A DNA stretch of 64,000 nucleotides. Source: Chlamydiota bacterium (GTDB lineage: Bacteria; Chlamydiota; Chlamydiia; Chlamydiales; Rhabdochlamydiaceae). The notes below the pieces were generated by a model, which saw only the letters and a program-made list of their open reading frames with translations, was not told the origin of the DNA and made no database searches. The DNA lies in assembly GCA_040388665.1 (NCBI GenBank), contig JAZKBL010000012.1, forward strand, positions 67,390-131,389. The letters run 5' to 3'. Both the position numbers and the translations under genes were made by a program. How positions within the stretch are numbered: the stretch's first letter is position 1; the number at the start of each line of letters is the position of its first letter. Shown in pieces: positions 28,966 to 37,585 of the stretch.

Positions 28966-29814
28966 ATGTTTCTTTGGAAATGGGTTACTAGATTTTTTCT
29001 CTTGTGTGCATTGGCTCTCTATGCCGAGGTAGAATCTACACGCGATGTCGCACTATACACAACCTTTCGTCCAAAATATCCCGAAGAACTTCTTGAGCTG
29101 TTCAGAATAAAATTCACTCCAGATGGTTCAGGACGGTTGCTTGATTTAGGATGTGGATCAGGACAGATCACGTTCTTACTAGCGCCTTTTTACAAGGAAG
29201 TGGAAGCTCTTGATATCGATGACCACATGATTCAAAAAGCTATAGAACAAGCTAAAACCAAAAACGTAACGAATATAGCCTGGCTTCATCAAGGCGCGGA
29301 AGAGACCTCTTTAGAATCGGAAAAATTTGATTTGATCACTATTGCAACAGCCTTTCATTGGATGGATCGGCCGGTTGTTCTTAAAAATGCCTACACATTA
29401 TTGAAAGAAGGTGGCGGCATTGCCATTTTCTGCGCCAAAAGCTGGTGGAGCAGTACAATTGCCTGGCAACAAGAAATCATTAAGCTCATTCAGCATTATC
29501 TAGGAACAAATCAACCCTACTACCCACCAGCCTTTGTCCATAACTCATCCCACGCGGCTCTTCTACATGCAGCGCATTTTGAAAATATCCAAAGCTTCAC
29601 TGTAACAACACCACATTTTTGGTCGCTAAAAACCATTTTGGGATATCTTTATTCTACAGCGTTCTGCAATCCCTCACGCTTTGGCAAACAATTAGAGAAG
29701 TTTGAAAAAGACGTAGAATCGATTTTTTTAAGGCATCACCCTTCTGGAGAATGTAAGGAAGACTTCCCCTTTCACGTCCTCATTGGCTATAAATCTTATC
29801 CAGGTTGTTTATAG
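28966..29814 (+). CDS. class I SAM-dependent methyltransferase with signal-like N-terminus
   Basis: Motif I 'LLDLGCGSGQITFLLA'. Start taken at ATG 28966 (MFLWKWVTRFFLLCALALYA). Confidence 0.75.
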   Translation: MFLWKWVTRFFLLCALALYAEVESTRDVALYTTFRPKYPEELLELFRIKFTPDGSGRLLDLGCGSGQITFLLAPFYKEVEALDIDDHMIQKAIEQAKTKNVTNIAWLHQGAEETSLESEKFDLITIATAFHWMDRPVVLKNAYTLLKEGGGIAIFCAKSWWSSTIAWQQEIIKLIQHYLGTNQPYYPPAFVHNSSHAALLHAAHFENIQSFTVTTPHFWSLKTILGYLYSTAFCNPSRFGKQLEKFEKDVESIFLRHHPSGECKEDFPFHVLIGYKSYPGCL

Positions 29815-31171
29815 CGCGGCCCATATCAATCCCCTTTTTTAAAACGGGAGCGTAGAGATCGCCCATTTTCTTAAGACGCTTGAGCGTATTTTTGATAGTA
29901 TAGTTAAGAGGATCAAGCCCTAGTTTTACCTCACTCCACTTCAGAGGAGTTGAGACAGGAGCTTCAGGGCGCGCTCTTACGCTATAGGGAGCTGCAAGCG
30001 TCTGTCCAAAATTGTTTTGGTTACAGTCGATATAAACCTTCCCCTTTCTTTTCAAAAGAGAACGCTCTAAGGTCGATGATTGTGGAATGCGTTCATGGAC
30101 AATGCGTGCAATAAGTTCTGCAAACTTTTTAGCTTGAGCGTATGTATATTTAGCGCCAAGTGGAACTGCTACATGTAGCCCAGTAGCACCAGATGTTTTG
30201 CAATAGCTTGGTACTTTTATCTCATCTAAGACTTCATGAAGCACTTGCGCAACTTTGATGACTTTAGAAAACGACGCACTCTTGGGATCTAGGTCAAAAA
30301 CAACAAAATCTGGATTCTGCAACTTTTTTACTCTGGAAAAAAAGGGATGAATTTCAATGCAGCCTAAATTCGCTGCAAAAAGAAGACTGTCTTTATCTTG
30401 GATGAGCAGGTAGTTAACGTTTTTCTGTCCATGTTTAATGCTTGCCGTTTTAATAAAGCTAGGATGCTCTTTTAAATTTTTTTGAAAAAAAGATTCCCCT
30501 TTAATGCCATCAGGAAAACGTCTTAACGATTCAGGCCGGTCTTTAAGGTGAGGAAGAAGCCAATCAGCCACTTCTGCATAATAGTTAAGAAGATCTTCTT
30601 TCGTGTACTTTTCTTTTGGCCAGAACATTTTTTCTAAATTGGACAGTTGTGCATTTGCCGGCGATTTTTGAAGAGATGCACTCTCTTTCTTTTTTATTAA
30701 AAGCCACTCATTTTTATCGGAGGTCTTTAATCGAATAAGATGAAACGTTCCCTGCAATTTTTTACCTTCAAGAGAGAAATGAATAACCCCTTTTTTTAGT
30801 CCTTGTTTAATCGCTTTTTCCGAGTCCTTTGCACTTGTATCATTCACCGAATATGTGCCCTTGTCCCAAATGCGTACCGTTCCAGCCCCATAACCAGAAG
30901 CAATGATGCCTTCAAAATCTTTGTAACTATAAGGATGATCTTCAACCATAATTGCCAAACGTTTAACTGTTGGATCTGAAGACGGCTCTTTCGGAATTGC
31001 CCAGCTCTTTAATACGCCCCCAACTTCTAACCGCAAATCGTAATGAAGATGCTTCGCATGATGCTCTTGAATCACAAACTGAAGTTGCAAGCTTTTTCTC
31101 TTATGCATTTTTGCAGCGGGCTCTGAAAAAGACTTTAGATCCCTTTTGGCTTTATATTTAGTAAGATTCAT
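29780..31171 (-). CDS. ligD: LigD-type NHEJ protein: 3'-phosphoesterase domain + polymerase/primase domain, no ligase domain
   Basis: N-terminal 'FVIQEHHAKHLHYDLRLE..GVLKSWAIPKEPS' (PE domain). C-terminal 'RFPDGI.GESFFQK', 'VVFDLDP', 'KTSGATGLHVAVPL' (AEP primase-polymerase domain). Confidence 0.85.
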   Translation of the reverse strand: MNLTKYKAKRDLKSFSEPAAKMHKRKSLQLQFVIQEHHAKHLHYDLRLEVGGVLKSWAIPKEPSSDPTVKRLAIMVEDHPYSYKDFEGIIASGYGAGTVRIWDKGTYSVNDTSAKDSEKAIKQGLKKGVIHFSLEGKKLQGTFHLIRLKTSDKNEWLLIKKKESASLQKSPANAQLSNLEKMFWPKEKYTKEDLLNYYAEVADWLLPHLKDRPESLRRFPDGIKGESFFQKNLKEHPSFIKTASIKHGQKNVNYLLIQDKDSLLFAANLGCIEIHPFFSRVKKLQNPDFVVFDLDPKSASFSKVIKVAQVLHEVLDEIKVPSYCKTSGATGLHVAVPLGAKYTYAQAKKFAELIARIVHERIPQSSTLERSLLKRKGKVYIDCNQNNFGQTLAAPYSVRARPEAPVSTPLKWSEVKLGLDPLNYTIKNTLKRLKKMGDLYAPVLKKGIDMGRAINNLDKIYSQ

Positions 31172-31326
31172 ACTCCACCTTTATCAACTCCATTAAAATA
31201 GATTCAAGAAAAACGGTAGTCCTAAACATGTAATGCTCGTTTACGAAGACTATATCACAAGACTAATGGGAATACCGGTTCGCTAAAAACATACATGTCG
31301 GAATCTAAAAATCAAGCAGAGTATGC

Positions 31327-32283
31327 TCAAGAAGTAGGCTCATCAATCCAATGAAGAAGCACGTGATCCATCCAATAAGGGCTATAAGAGTTTGGAGTCC
31401 TCCCTAGAAAGCCCATATGTCCGCCATGCTCTGTCGTCCACAAGTGCACGGAGTCTGCTAAAGACAAGCCTTTCAATTCATCAAAAGAAATAAAGGGATC
31501 ATCTTCTGCAAACAGAAGATGTGTCGTTTGCTCAATGTTCGGTAAAAAGCGCATGCTGCTGCAATCCTGATAATAAGCATTAGCTCCTTCATATCCCCAG
31601 AGGGGCGCTGTAATCACATCGTCGAATTCATATAACGTCTGCACTCTTTGAGAAGAGAAAGCTCTAACTTGCCTGGAAATGTGTTTGAGATAATAAGAGT
31701 GGTACAACTGATTGCGCTTCTCTTGAATACGGTCCACTGTATGAGCCAAATCGAGCGGAGCGCAGACAGCGATAAAGGTGTTCACTAAACCTTTTGCTAG
31801 AGCGCCCAATTCTCCTGCTAGCTTCAACGCAATATTTCCCCCAAGAGAAAAACCGACTAATATGATTTCTGAAAAAGGAGATCTTTCCTTTAAAAACTGC
31901 AATACCTTTAATACATCAAAGCTTGTACCTGCATGATAAGGCAATTTTGAAAGTCCTTTGCCAGATCCACATCCTCTAAGATTGACCCTAACAACCTTGA
32001 TTCCCTTAGCATATAATTTTCGCGACAACCGGATCATATAGTTAGAAGCATGAGAGCCTCCCATGCCATGCACCAAAATCACAGTCAAACCTGTCTGTTG
32101 CCAACAAGGCGGTGTAGAAATCTCACAAGACAAGTAATTGCTGTCTTCGAGCTCTACCAAACAGCGCTCTGAAGGTGCAGGCAATCCTTTAGGAAGATAT
32201 GAGGAAACAATCATCTGAAGATGACAAGAACTCAATCCTAGCAACGGCTTAAATTTAAGTTTATTTATTTTCATTTCAGCCAA
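31327..32283 (-). CDS. alpha/beta hydrolase (YheT/ABHD1-3-like)
   Basis: 'VHGMGGSHASNY', nucleophile 'GFSLGGN', C-terminal 'HGGHMGF'. Confidence 0.75.
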   Translation of the reverse strand: MAEMKINKLKFKPLLGLSSCHLQMIVSSYLPKGLPAPSERCLVELEDSNYLSCEISTPPCWQQTGLTVILVHGMGGSHASNYMIRLSRKLYAKGIKVVRVNLRGCGSGKGLSKLPYHAGTSFDVLKVLQFLKERSPFSEIILVGFSLGGNIALKLAGELGALAKGLVNTFIAVCAPLDLAHTVDRIQEKRNQLYHSYYLKHISRQVRAFSSQRVQTLYEFDDVITAPLWGYEGANAYYQDCSSMRFLPNIEQTTHLLFAEDDPFISFDELKGLSLADSVHLWTTEHGGHMGFLGRTPNSYSPYWMDHVLLHWIDEPTS

Positions 32284-32285
32284 GT

Positions 32286-33029
32286 CTAATGATGAAGGTA
32301 AAAGACTTGCTTAATGATGCCATCTTCCGCTTCATAAGTTAAAATCTTTTCCCCAGAGCAATTGAAAGGAGGTTGCGTGAGGTCTAATTCTTTGCAATAT
32401 CCCCTTTTTTCTAAATCTGCATTGATCGGCACAATTGTGAAAGGGCTATAAAAATCATTGGTAATCAGACAATGTTTAAACTTAGAAGCTTTTTTCAAAA
32501 ACAAAAAAATATCCTCATTCGTTAAATGCTGAAGCACATCTTTGCAGACAATTAAGTCTGCTTTAGGTAATTCCTCGTGGATCCCCTCAACTGTCATAAA
32601 GTGAATATGATCCGTTTGATACTCTTGACTATTTTTCTCAATCACATGTTCTACGACATCAATTCCTGTATAATCAATTCCCTTCCAGTCAATGAGTCTA
32701 GAAAACTCCCAATCCCCACATCCAAAATCCACAACGCTCGATATCTTGTTTTCTTTCATAAATTTCTCAAGAAAGTTTCTATAAACCTCGGTAACATCTG
32801 CAGTTGAGCCTGTTCCTGCGCCTCCAACATCTTTTCCATGCTTCCAATATTCTGTTTTGTAAATATTGGTAAATGCACGGCGAATTTTTGCAGATTTCCT
32901 TCTGTCAGAAGAACGTTTATGAACAAAATGCGCCGTAACAGAACTCAATCCCACGACTGCAGCAACACCCACCAACACATATTTTTTATATGAAGCCATA
33001 AAAATCCTATTTATTTGAGCAGTGTACAC
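32286..33029 (-). CDS. membrane-anchored class I SAM-dependent methyltransferase
   Basis: N-terminal TM 'YVLVGVAAVVGLSSV'. Motif I 'VVDFGCGDWEF'. Confidence 0.65.
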   Translation of the reverse strand: MYTAQINRIFMASYKKYVLVGVAAVVGLSSVTAHFVHKRSSDRRKSAKIRRAFTNIYKTEYWKHGKDVGGAGTGSTADVTEVYRNFLEKFMKENKISSVVDFGCGDWEFSRLIDWKGIDYTGIDVVEHVIEKNSQEYQTDHIHFMTVEGIHEELPKADLIVCKDVLQHLTNEDIFLFLKKASKFKHCLITNDFYSPFTIVPINADLEKRGYCKELDLTQPPFNCSGEKILTYEAEDGIIKQVFYLHH

Positions 33030-33064
33030 GCCGTAAGCAAAATTTTCAACAACGTCTTTTAAGC

Positions 33065-33105
33065 CAAAAAAAAAGGAAGAGCACCATTTTATAGATGATC
33101 TTCCT
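33065..33105 (-). terminator. intrinsic terminator of the 503-aa gene
   Basis: On the minus strand, a 7-bp stem (33099-33105 / 33074-33080) is followed by a T9 run (complement of A-run 33065-33073). It lies 22 nt after the stop at 33127. Confidence 0.6.
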
Positions 33106-33126
33106 CTTTGACTTAAAAATATTCAA

Positions 33127-34638
33127 TTAACGCATTGCAGGTTGCACTAATCTTGGAATTAAAGCGTGAGAGGCTCTTTCTTCTTGCATTCCTTTTAATC
33201 CTTGCTCCAAAAGGGCCATGGACTTAGCGGTTGGCATCTTTGACCATGTTGGGTTTTGGAGATGCATCTCTGCGAGAAAATTTTGCATTTCGTTAAAAAT
33301 CATAGAAATGTTTGCCCCTTTTTGCAGTGCCGCCTGCGTTGCCGCTGCGACAACATACGCTGCATAAAAACCAGGGCCTTGCAAGTTTGCCGGCAAATGA
33401 CCATTAATTTTTAAAATAGAAACAAGATTATCTACAGCTGTTTGATCTTGATCTTTCCAATCTTGCAGCTCCTGTAAAGAATGTCCTTGTAAACTGCTAA
33501 GTTTTGATTGCATAATCACCTCTGCAACAACATCTGCTGACGCTACCGCTGAAACAAAAGAGACGGGAAATGAAAATAGCCTTCCGTTTTGATCCGCTAA
33601 ACGCAGTGCGGCATTATCTTTTTGCGTTTCTTTAGTAATTGTCTGACTCCATGTCGCAGCATCCTTAAAATGTAAACGTTTAACAGCCGCTGCAGCCAAG
33701 TATCCTCTTAACAAATCGATAGGATGAGGATCATCTGTCGATCCAATACTTCTTAATTTACCATTTCCCAAAGCTCTAAAATATCCAATTAAGCCGATCC
33801 CAAGGCTTGGCCCCATGTGGAGATACCCGCAAACATCAGCAGTGCTTTCATCAATGCAGTTAGCCCAGTAGTTAGCAAGACTTGTGGAATTAAATCGTCG
33901 CAGCACCGCCGCATATACTTTCTGTGCAAGCTCATCTAGAAGACCTTTATCTGCATGCGTCACATCATGCCCTCCTGTCTCATGCCCTAAAGTGGACCAT
34001 GCAATGAGCCCACCCTTTATCTGCGCCGGGGGCAAACTAACAATGCCGCATCCCATGCCAAGAACCTGTTTTGTCGCATCTCCTGGCCACGTATAAGGAC
34101 CTGCATCCGGATCGCCAAATTTCACAAGAGGGGGAATCGTCCCATAGGTTGGAGGATCAATGGACTTGCCCATTTGCTTGCCCACACGAGCCTCATTACT
34201 TAAAAACCCATCGTAGATATCACTGACCACTTCTTGGAAAGCGTTGATTCCCAAAACAGTCATCCCTTCATACGATAAAATAGCGAGCGCTGCATCAGGA
34301 ATGATCTGTTGATAAACTGCAGTCTCTTCATCCGTTGGATCTGAAGCAAATATTTCAAGAAACTGATCTTCCCCTAATTTTTGTAAAAATTGAATGAGCG
34401 GTCCTGATGCAACTTGTTGATAAACGTAAGGCAAGTGAGCTGCAGCTTTATGTAGATCAGCAAGGAGTTGCTGATAGTCTGTTACATAAGGATCAAATGT
34501 ATCAATACCAGGTGCATGAGTGGCTGCATAACGCACCTCAGAAATACAATTCTTCAAATTGCTAATATCAGGGGTCGCTGCCTGCAAAACACCTAAGCCA
34601 GATAAAGCCAATGCTGCGATTCGTATGGATGAAATCAT
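33127..34638 (-). CDS. exported hypothetical protein with HExxxH-like motif
   Basis: Signal peptide 'IAALALSGLGVLQA'. 'LGHETGGHDVTHAD' is the only motif-like element and is not a canonical HExxH. Confidence 0.6.
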   Translation of the reverse strand: MISSIRIAALALSGLGVLQAATPDISNLKNCISEVRYAATHAPGIDTFDPYVTDYQQLLADLHKAAAHLPYVYQQVASGPLIQFLQKLGEDQFLEIFASDPTDEETAVYQQIIPDAALAILSYEGMTVLGINAFQEVVSDIYDGFLSNEARVGKQMGKSIDPPTYGTIPPLVKFGDPDAGPYTWPGDATKQVLGMGCGIVSLPPAQIKGGLIAWSTLGHETGGHDVTHADKGLLDELAQKVYAAVLRRFNSTSLANYWANCIDESTADVCGYLHMGPSLGIGLIGYFRALGNGKLRSIGSTDDPHPIDLLRGYLAAAAVKRLHFKDAATWSQTITKETQKDNAALRLADQNGRLFSFPVSFVSAVASADVVAEVIMQSKLSSLQGHSLQELQDWKDQDQTAVDNLVSILKINGHLPANLQGPGFYAAYVVAAATQAALQKGANISMIFNEMQNFLAEMHLQNPTWSKMPTAKSMALLEQGLKGMQEERASHALIPRLVQPAMR

Positions 34639-34767
34639 ATCAAACCTCGTTAAAAATTTAAGACATCAACTCCTAAGATCTAAAAAACAAATCTCAGGAC
34701 AAAGGAGTGTAGTAAATTTTTTATAAACAAGGCAAGTATTATTTTGTGCGCGTTATTTTTTAACCAT

Positions 34768-34800
34768 TGCAATTATAACAACAGAACGTTTATAATTGCA
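34768..34800. promoter_or_regulatory. operator-like 11-bp perfect inverted repeat upstream of the 34843 gene
   Basis: tgcaattataa (34768-34778), 11-nt spacer, ttataattgca (34790-34800). Its right end is 42 bp upstream of the ATG. Confidence 0.3.
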
Positions 34801-34842
34801 TATTAATTAAAAACACAACAAACATATAAACTATATATAATT

Positions 34843-35679
34843 ATGTCTAGTTATCCAATAATATATACAAGAAATTTTTCGAATGATTTGCCAAATAATG
34901 ATTTTTTAACAAATCTTATTCCCAACCAAGAAATGTTAAAAAAAAGTTTATCTATCACTCGAAGAGCAACCCTTGCAGCTTTACCGATATTAAGTGCTTA
35001 TCGACCTTTTTACGGGCCTATTTCAGTGGGAATGTCTACTGTCCGCGCTGTGACCTGCACACATCAAATGATCAAAAATATTAGAGAAGGCAACTACAAA
35101 GAAGGGGTTTTTCACTTAGTTCACGCAGCACTTGCAGTAACTGCTGTCGGAATTTTCTTTTTCAACCCTGTTTTTTGTTTTTTATTTTCTTCTGTAAGTG
35201 ATTTGATGATCAATTATCGCACATGTATCGAATGCATTCAGACTGAAGATTATCTCGGGGCTGCTAGAGCTTTAGCTTTCATGACTCTAGACTTACTATT
35301 TATTATCGCACTTTGTCATGGCTCGCCTGCACTTACAGTAACGTGCATGCTTTTCCAAATCGCTCTTGATTTTTACCAACTCGTTAATCACTTTAAAAAA
35401 GGGGAATATTTAGAAGGAATTTCTCGAACATTCCTGACAGGAATACACATGCACCAATCTATTCCACGGCTACAATCTGTTTTCCAAAGTCCCCCTAAAC
35501 CTAAAAAAAATTCACTAACAGCACAACCTCAATACACACGCATGAGCGTTTATGAAGCTCGTCAATTATTAACAGCCAAATATGCATGGAAAGCCGCCCA
35601 CGAATGGGATACGGTCTATAATTTTAGAGAAAATGCATCAAGCACGCATGTTAGTCAAATCAATCACAAGCATTTTTAA
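34843..35679 (+). CDS. membrane protein with two bilobed hydrophobic domains (Inc-like)
   Basis: 'HAALAVTAVGIFFFNPVFCFLFSSV' and 'ALAFMTLDLLFIIALCHGSPALTVTCMLFQIAL' are paired-TM hairpins. Hydrophilic tail. Confidence 0.5.
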   Translation: MSSYPIIYTRNFSNDLPNNDFLTNLIPNQEMLKKSLSITRRATLAALPILSAYRPFYGPISVGMSTVRAVTCTHQMIKNIREGNYKEGVFHLVHAALAVTAVGIFFFNPVFCFLFSSVSDLMINYRTCIECIQTEDYLGAARALAFMTLDLLFIIALCHGSPALTVTCMLFQIALDFYQLVNHFKKGEYLEGISRTFLTGIHMHQSIPRLQSVFQSPPKPKKNSLTAQPQYTRMSVYEARQLLTAKYAWKAAHEWDTVYNFRENASSTHVSQINHKHF

Positions 35680-35707
35680 ATGCTACTTTCATTTAATTTA
35701 ATTTGAA

Positions 35708-36688
35708 TTAATTTATTTTTTCTGAAGGCACTTTCAATTCTATTTTTTTGTCAACAACAACCTCGCCTCCACACTCTACTTTTTCAATTTTCCCTTCGCA
35801 CACCCTCAGATGAACATAAATATCAGAGGAAGCATTTAAACTGTCGCCCTGCCTGAAAAGCAACCTATGTTCTAAGCCGGATGGAAGCATTCCTTTTTCA
35901 AATAAATAACATGCAAGAGAGCCATTAGAGGAGCCTGTTGCAGATTCTTCATCAATACCATGCAGCGGAGCAAAATTGCGGCAATGAGCAATAGCCGCAC
36001 TCCCTGGAGGATCTAAGGAAAAAACGTGCATGCCAATCGAGTCTGTTCTTTTATTAAGCTCTGACATGAGTTTAAGGTTGGGTTTTAACGATTGAAGACA
36101 CTTCTCATCCTGCACCTGAACAAAAATATCACGAAGACCTGTTGAGACAATCCGTGGGTGAAGCCCACCGGTACTAACAAAATCTCCGAGAATAGAAGTG
36201 ATCTCAATCCCCCCGATTTCCTCTCCAAAAGCGGGTAAAGGTTGGCTCAAAAAGATCAAACGATCTTTTAGAGTTACCTCACATTTTCCTGCCTTGGTAT
36301 CCAGTGGATAAACTTTATCATCTGCTAATCCAAGCTGCCTTAGTACTCCAAATGCCGCCAATGTCGCATGACCGCAAAAATCAATAGGAGAAGTTGGTGT
36401 AAAATAAAGAGCTTTATATGGATGACTCCCTGCAAATGAAATAAAAACTGTTTCGGAAAAATTAAGTTCTTTTGCAATAGATTGCATTTGAGCTGGAGTA
36501 AACGGGTGTTCTTGATCCACAATGACAACGCCAGCGGGATTTCCCCCAAGAGAACCATGACAAAATGCTCTGGCAATATATGCAGTAAAACTCATACTTT
36601 CTTCATCCTCCTTATTTACAACTTTCTCCTTTCCGCATAACGAAAAGGACGCAGTACATAGATAAACAACAACTGCCCAAAACCACAT
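35708..36688 (-). CDS. PhzF-family isomerase-like protein with signal peptide (copy A)
   Basis: 'GNPAGVV', 'SETVF', 'FCGHATLAA' and 'ESATGSSNG' fit PhzF/DAP-epimerase-fold proteins. Paralog at 45762-46736. Confidence 0.85.
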   Translation of the reverse strand: MWFWAVVVYLCTASFSLCGKEKVVNKEDEESMSFTAYIARAFCHGSLGGNPAGVVIVDQEHPFTPAQMQSIAKELNFSETVFISFAGSHPYKALYFTPTSPIDFCGHATLAAFGVLRQLGLADDKVYPLDTKAGKCEVTLKDRLIFLSQPLPAFGEEIGGIEITSILGDFVSTGGLHPRIVSTGLRDIFVQVQDEKCLQSLKPNLKLMSELNKRTDSIGMHVFSLDPPGSAAIAHCRNFAPLHGIDEESATGSSNGSLACYLFEKGMLPSGLEHRLLFRQGDSLNASSDIYVHLRVCEGKIEKVECGGEVVVDKKIELKVPSEKIN

Positions 36689-36748
36689 ATTCTCCTCTGA
36701 ATTTTGGTGAAGAATACAGGCTATCGTAGATTTTTTGAAAAGTAAAGC

Positions 36749-37582
36749 TTAACTTTCAGGTGTCACGCGGGAAATTTCACGCTGTTCAAGTTCCAAACGC
36801 GCTTCACTGTCGGAAACCCAGCGGTGTTCGTGAACAAGAATGGACAGTTGATAATCAGCTATTTTTTCATTAAGCTCCGGAGCGCTTGCCATAGGCACGT
36901 AGTGAAAAGCTGTACATGGGATTTCAAGCTCACAGCAAGTATCATCCACGCTTTGAATTTGCTTCGTCCGATCATCAACAAAAATAATCTTCTTGAGGGG
37001 CGTAGTAAGGCCTGAAAGAACCTCCTTTAGAACCGGTCCTTTTGATTGACATTCTGTCTCGATAACTCCCCCGGCATATTCATAAAGTGCTCCTTGAGAG
37101 AGCTCCGGCAGATCATTTTTAAAAGGTATTCCAAGAACTCGTAATATTTGAGCTCTTGAGCCCCTTATAGACGGATCCATGGCTACTTTCGTAAAAGCTA
37201 CCACCTTTATCCCAAGATCTTGCGCTTGTACAACAACTTCAGGCCACCGTGCATCGAGCAGCTCCCATTTACCTAAAGTGCCTAGAATAATCCTGTCAAA
37301 GGCAATTTTTTCTTCTCTTGAAATGTTGGGACAGTGCGTTTGAAACCACTCATATTTCCATGCCTCATGAGAGGGATGGAGAATGGCATCAGGATAGGCT
37401 AATAGGGTTCCACCAACATCCAAAAGAACAAGAGTCTCTCTTGGACTGTTTGCAATCTCCTGTTGAATAGGTTCTAAGAAAGATGCCGTTCGAATTTCTG
37501 CATATCCTACACAAAAGTTAATTAAGCAAAATAATCTGATCAATAGCTTCATGATAGCTCCTGCAAGTCTCTTAAACGACAC
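36749..37582 (-). CDS. exported HAD-superfamily-like protein (copy A)
   Basis: Signal peptide. 'LVLLDVGGTLL' is a motif I variant lacking the second Asp. 'IIFVDDR' is motif IV-like. Truncated paralog at 43918-44670. Confidence 0.55.
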   Translation of the reverse strand: MSFKRLAGAIMKLLIRLFCLINFCVGYAEIRTASFLEPIQQEIANSPRETLVLLDVGGTLLAYPDAILHPSHEAWKYEWFQTHCPNISREEKIAFDRIILGTLGKWELLDARWPEVVVQAQDLGIKVVAFTKVAMDPSIRGSRAQILRVLGIPFKNDLPELSQGALYEYAGGVIETECQSKGPVLKEVLSGLTTPLKKIIFVDDRTKQIQSVDDTCCELEIPCTAFHYVPMASAPELNEKIADYQLSILVHEHRWVSDSEARLELEQREISRVTPES

Positions 37583-37585
37583 GCT

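Noticed and set aside
36340-36576. Identical 78-aa ORFs at 36340-36576 and 46388-46624, considered as a possible conserved small gene.
   Set aside because: They lie out of frame inside the PhzF paralogs, within the 580-bp identical tract. Their identity is a by-product of that tract.
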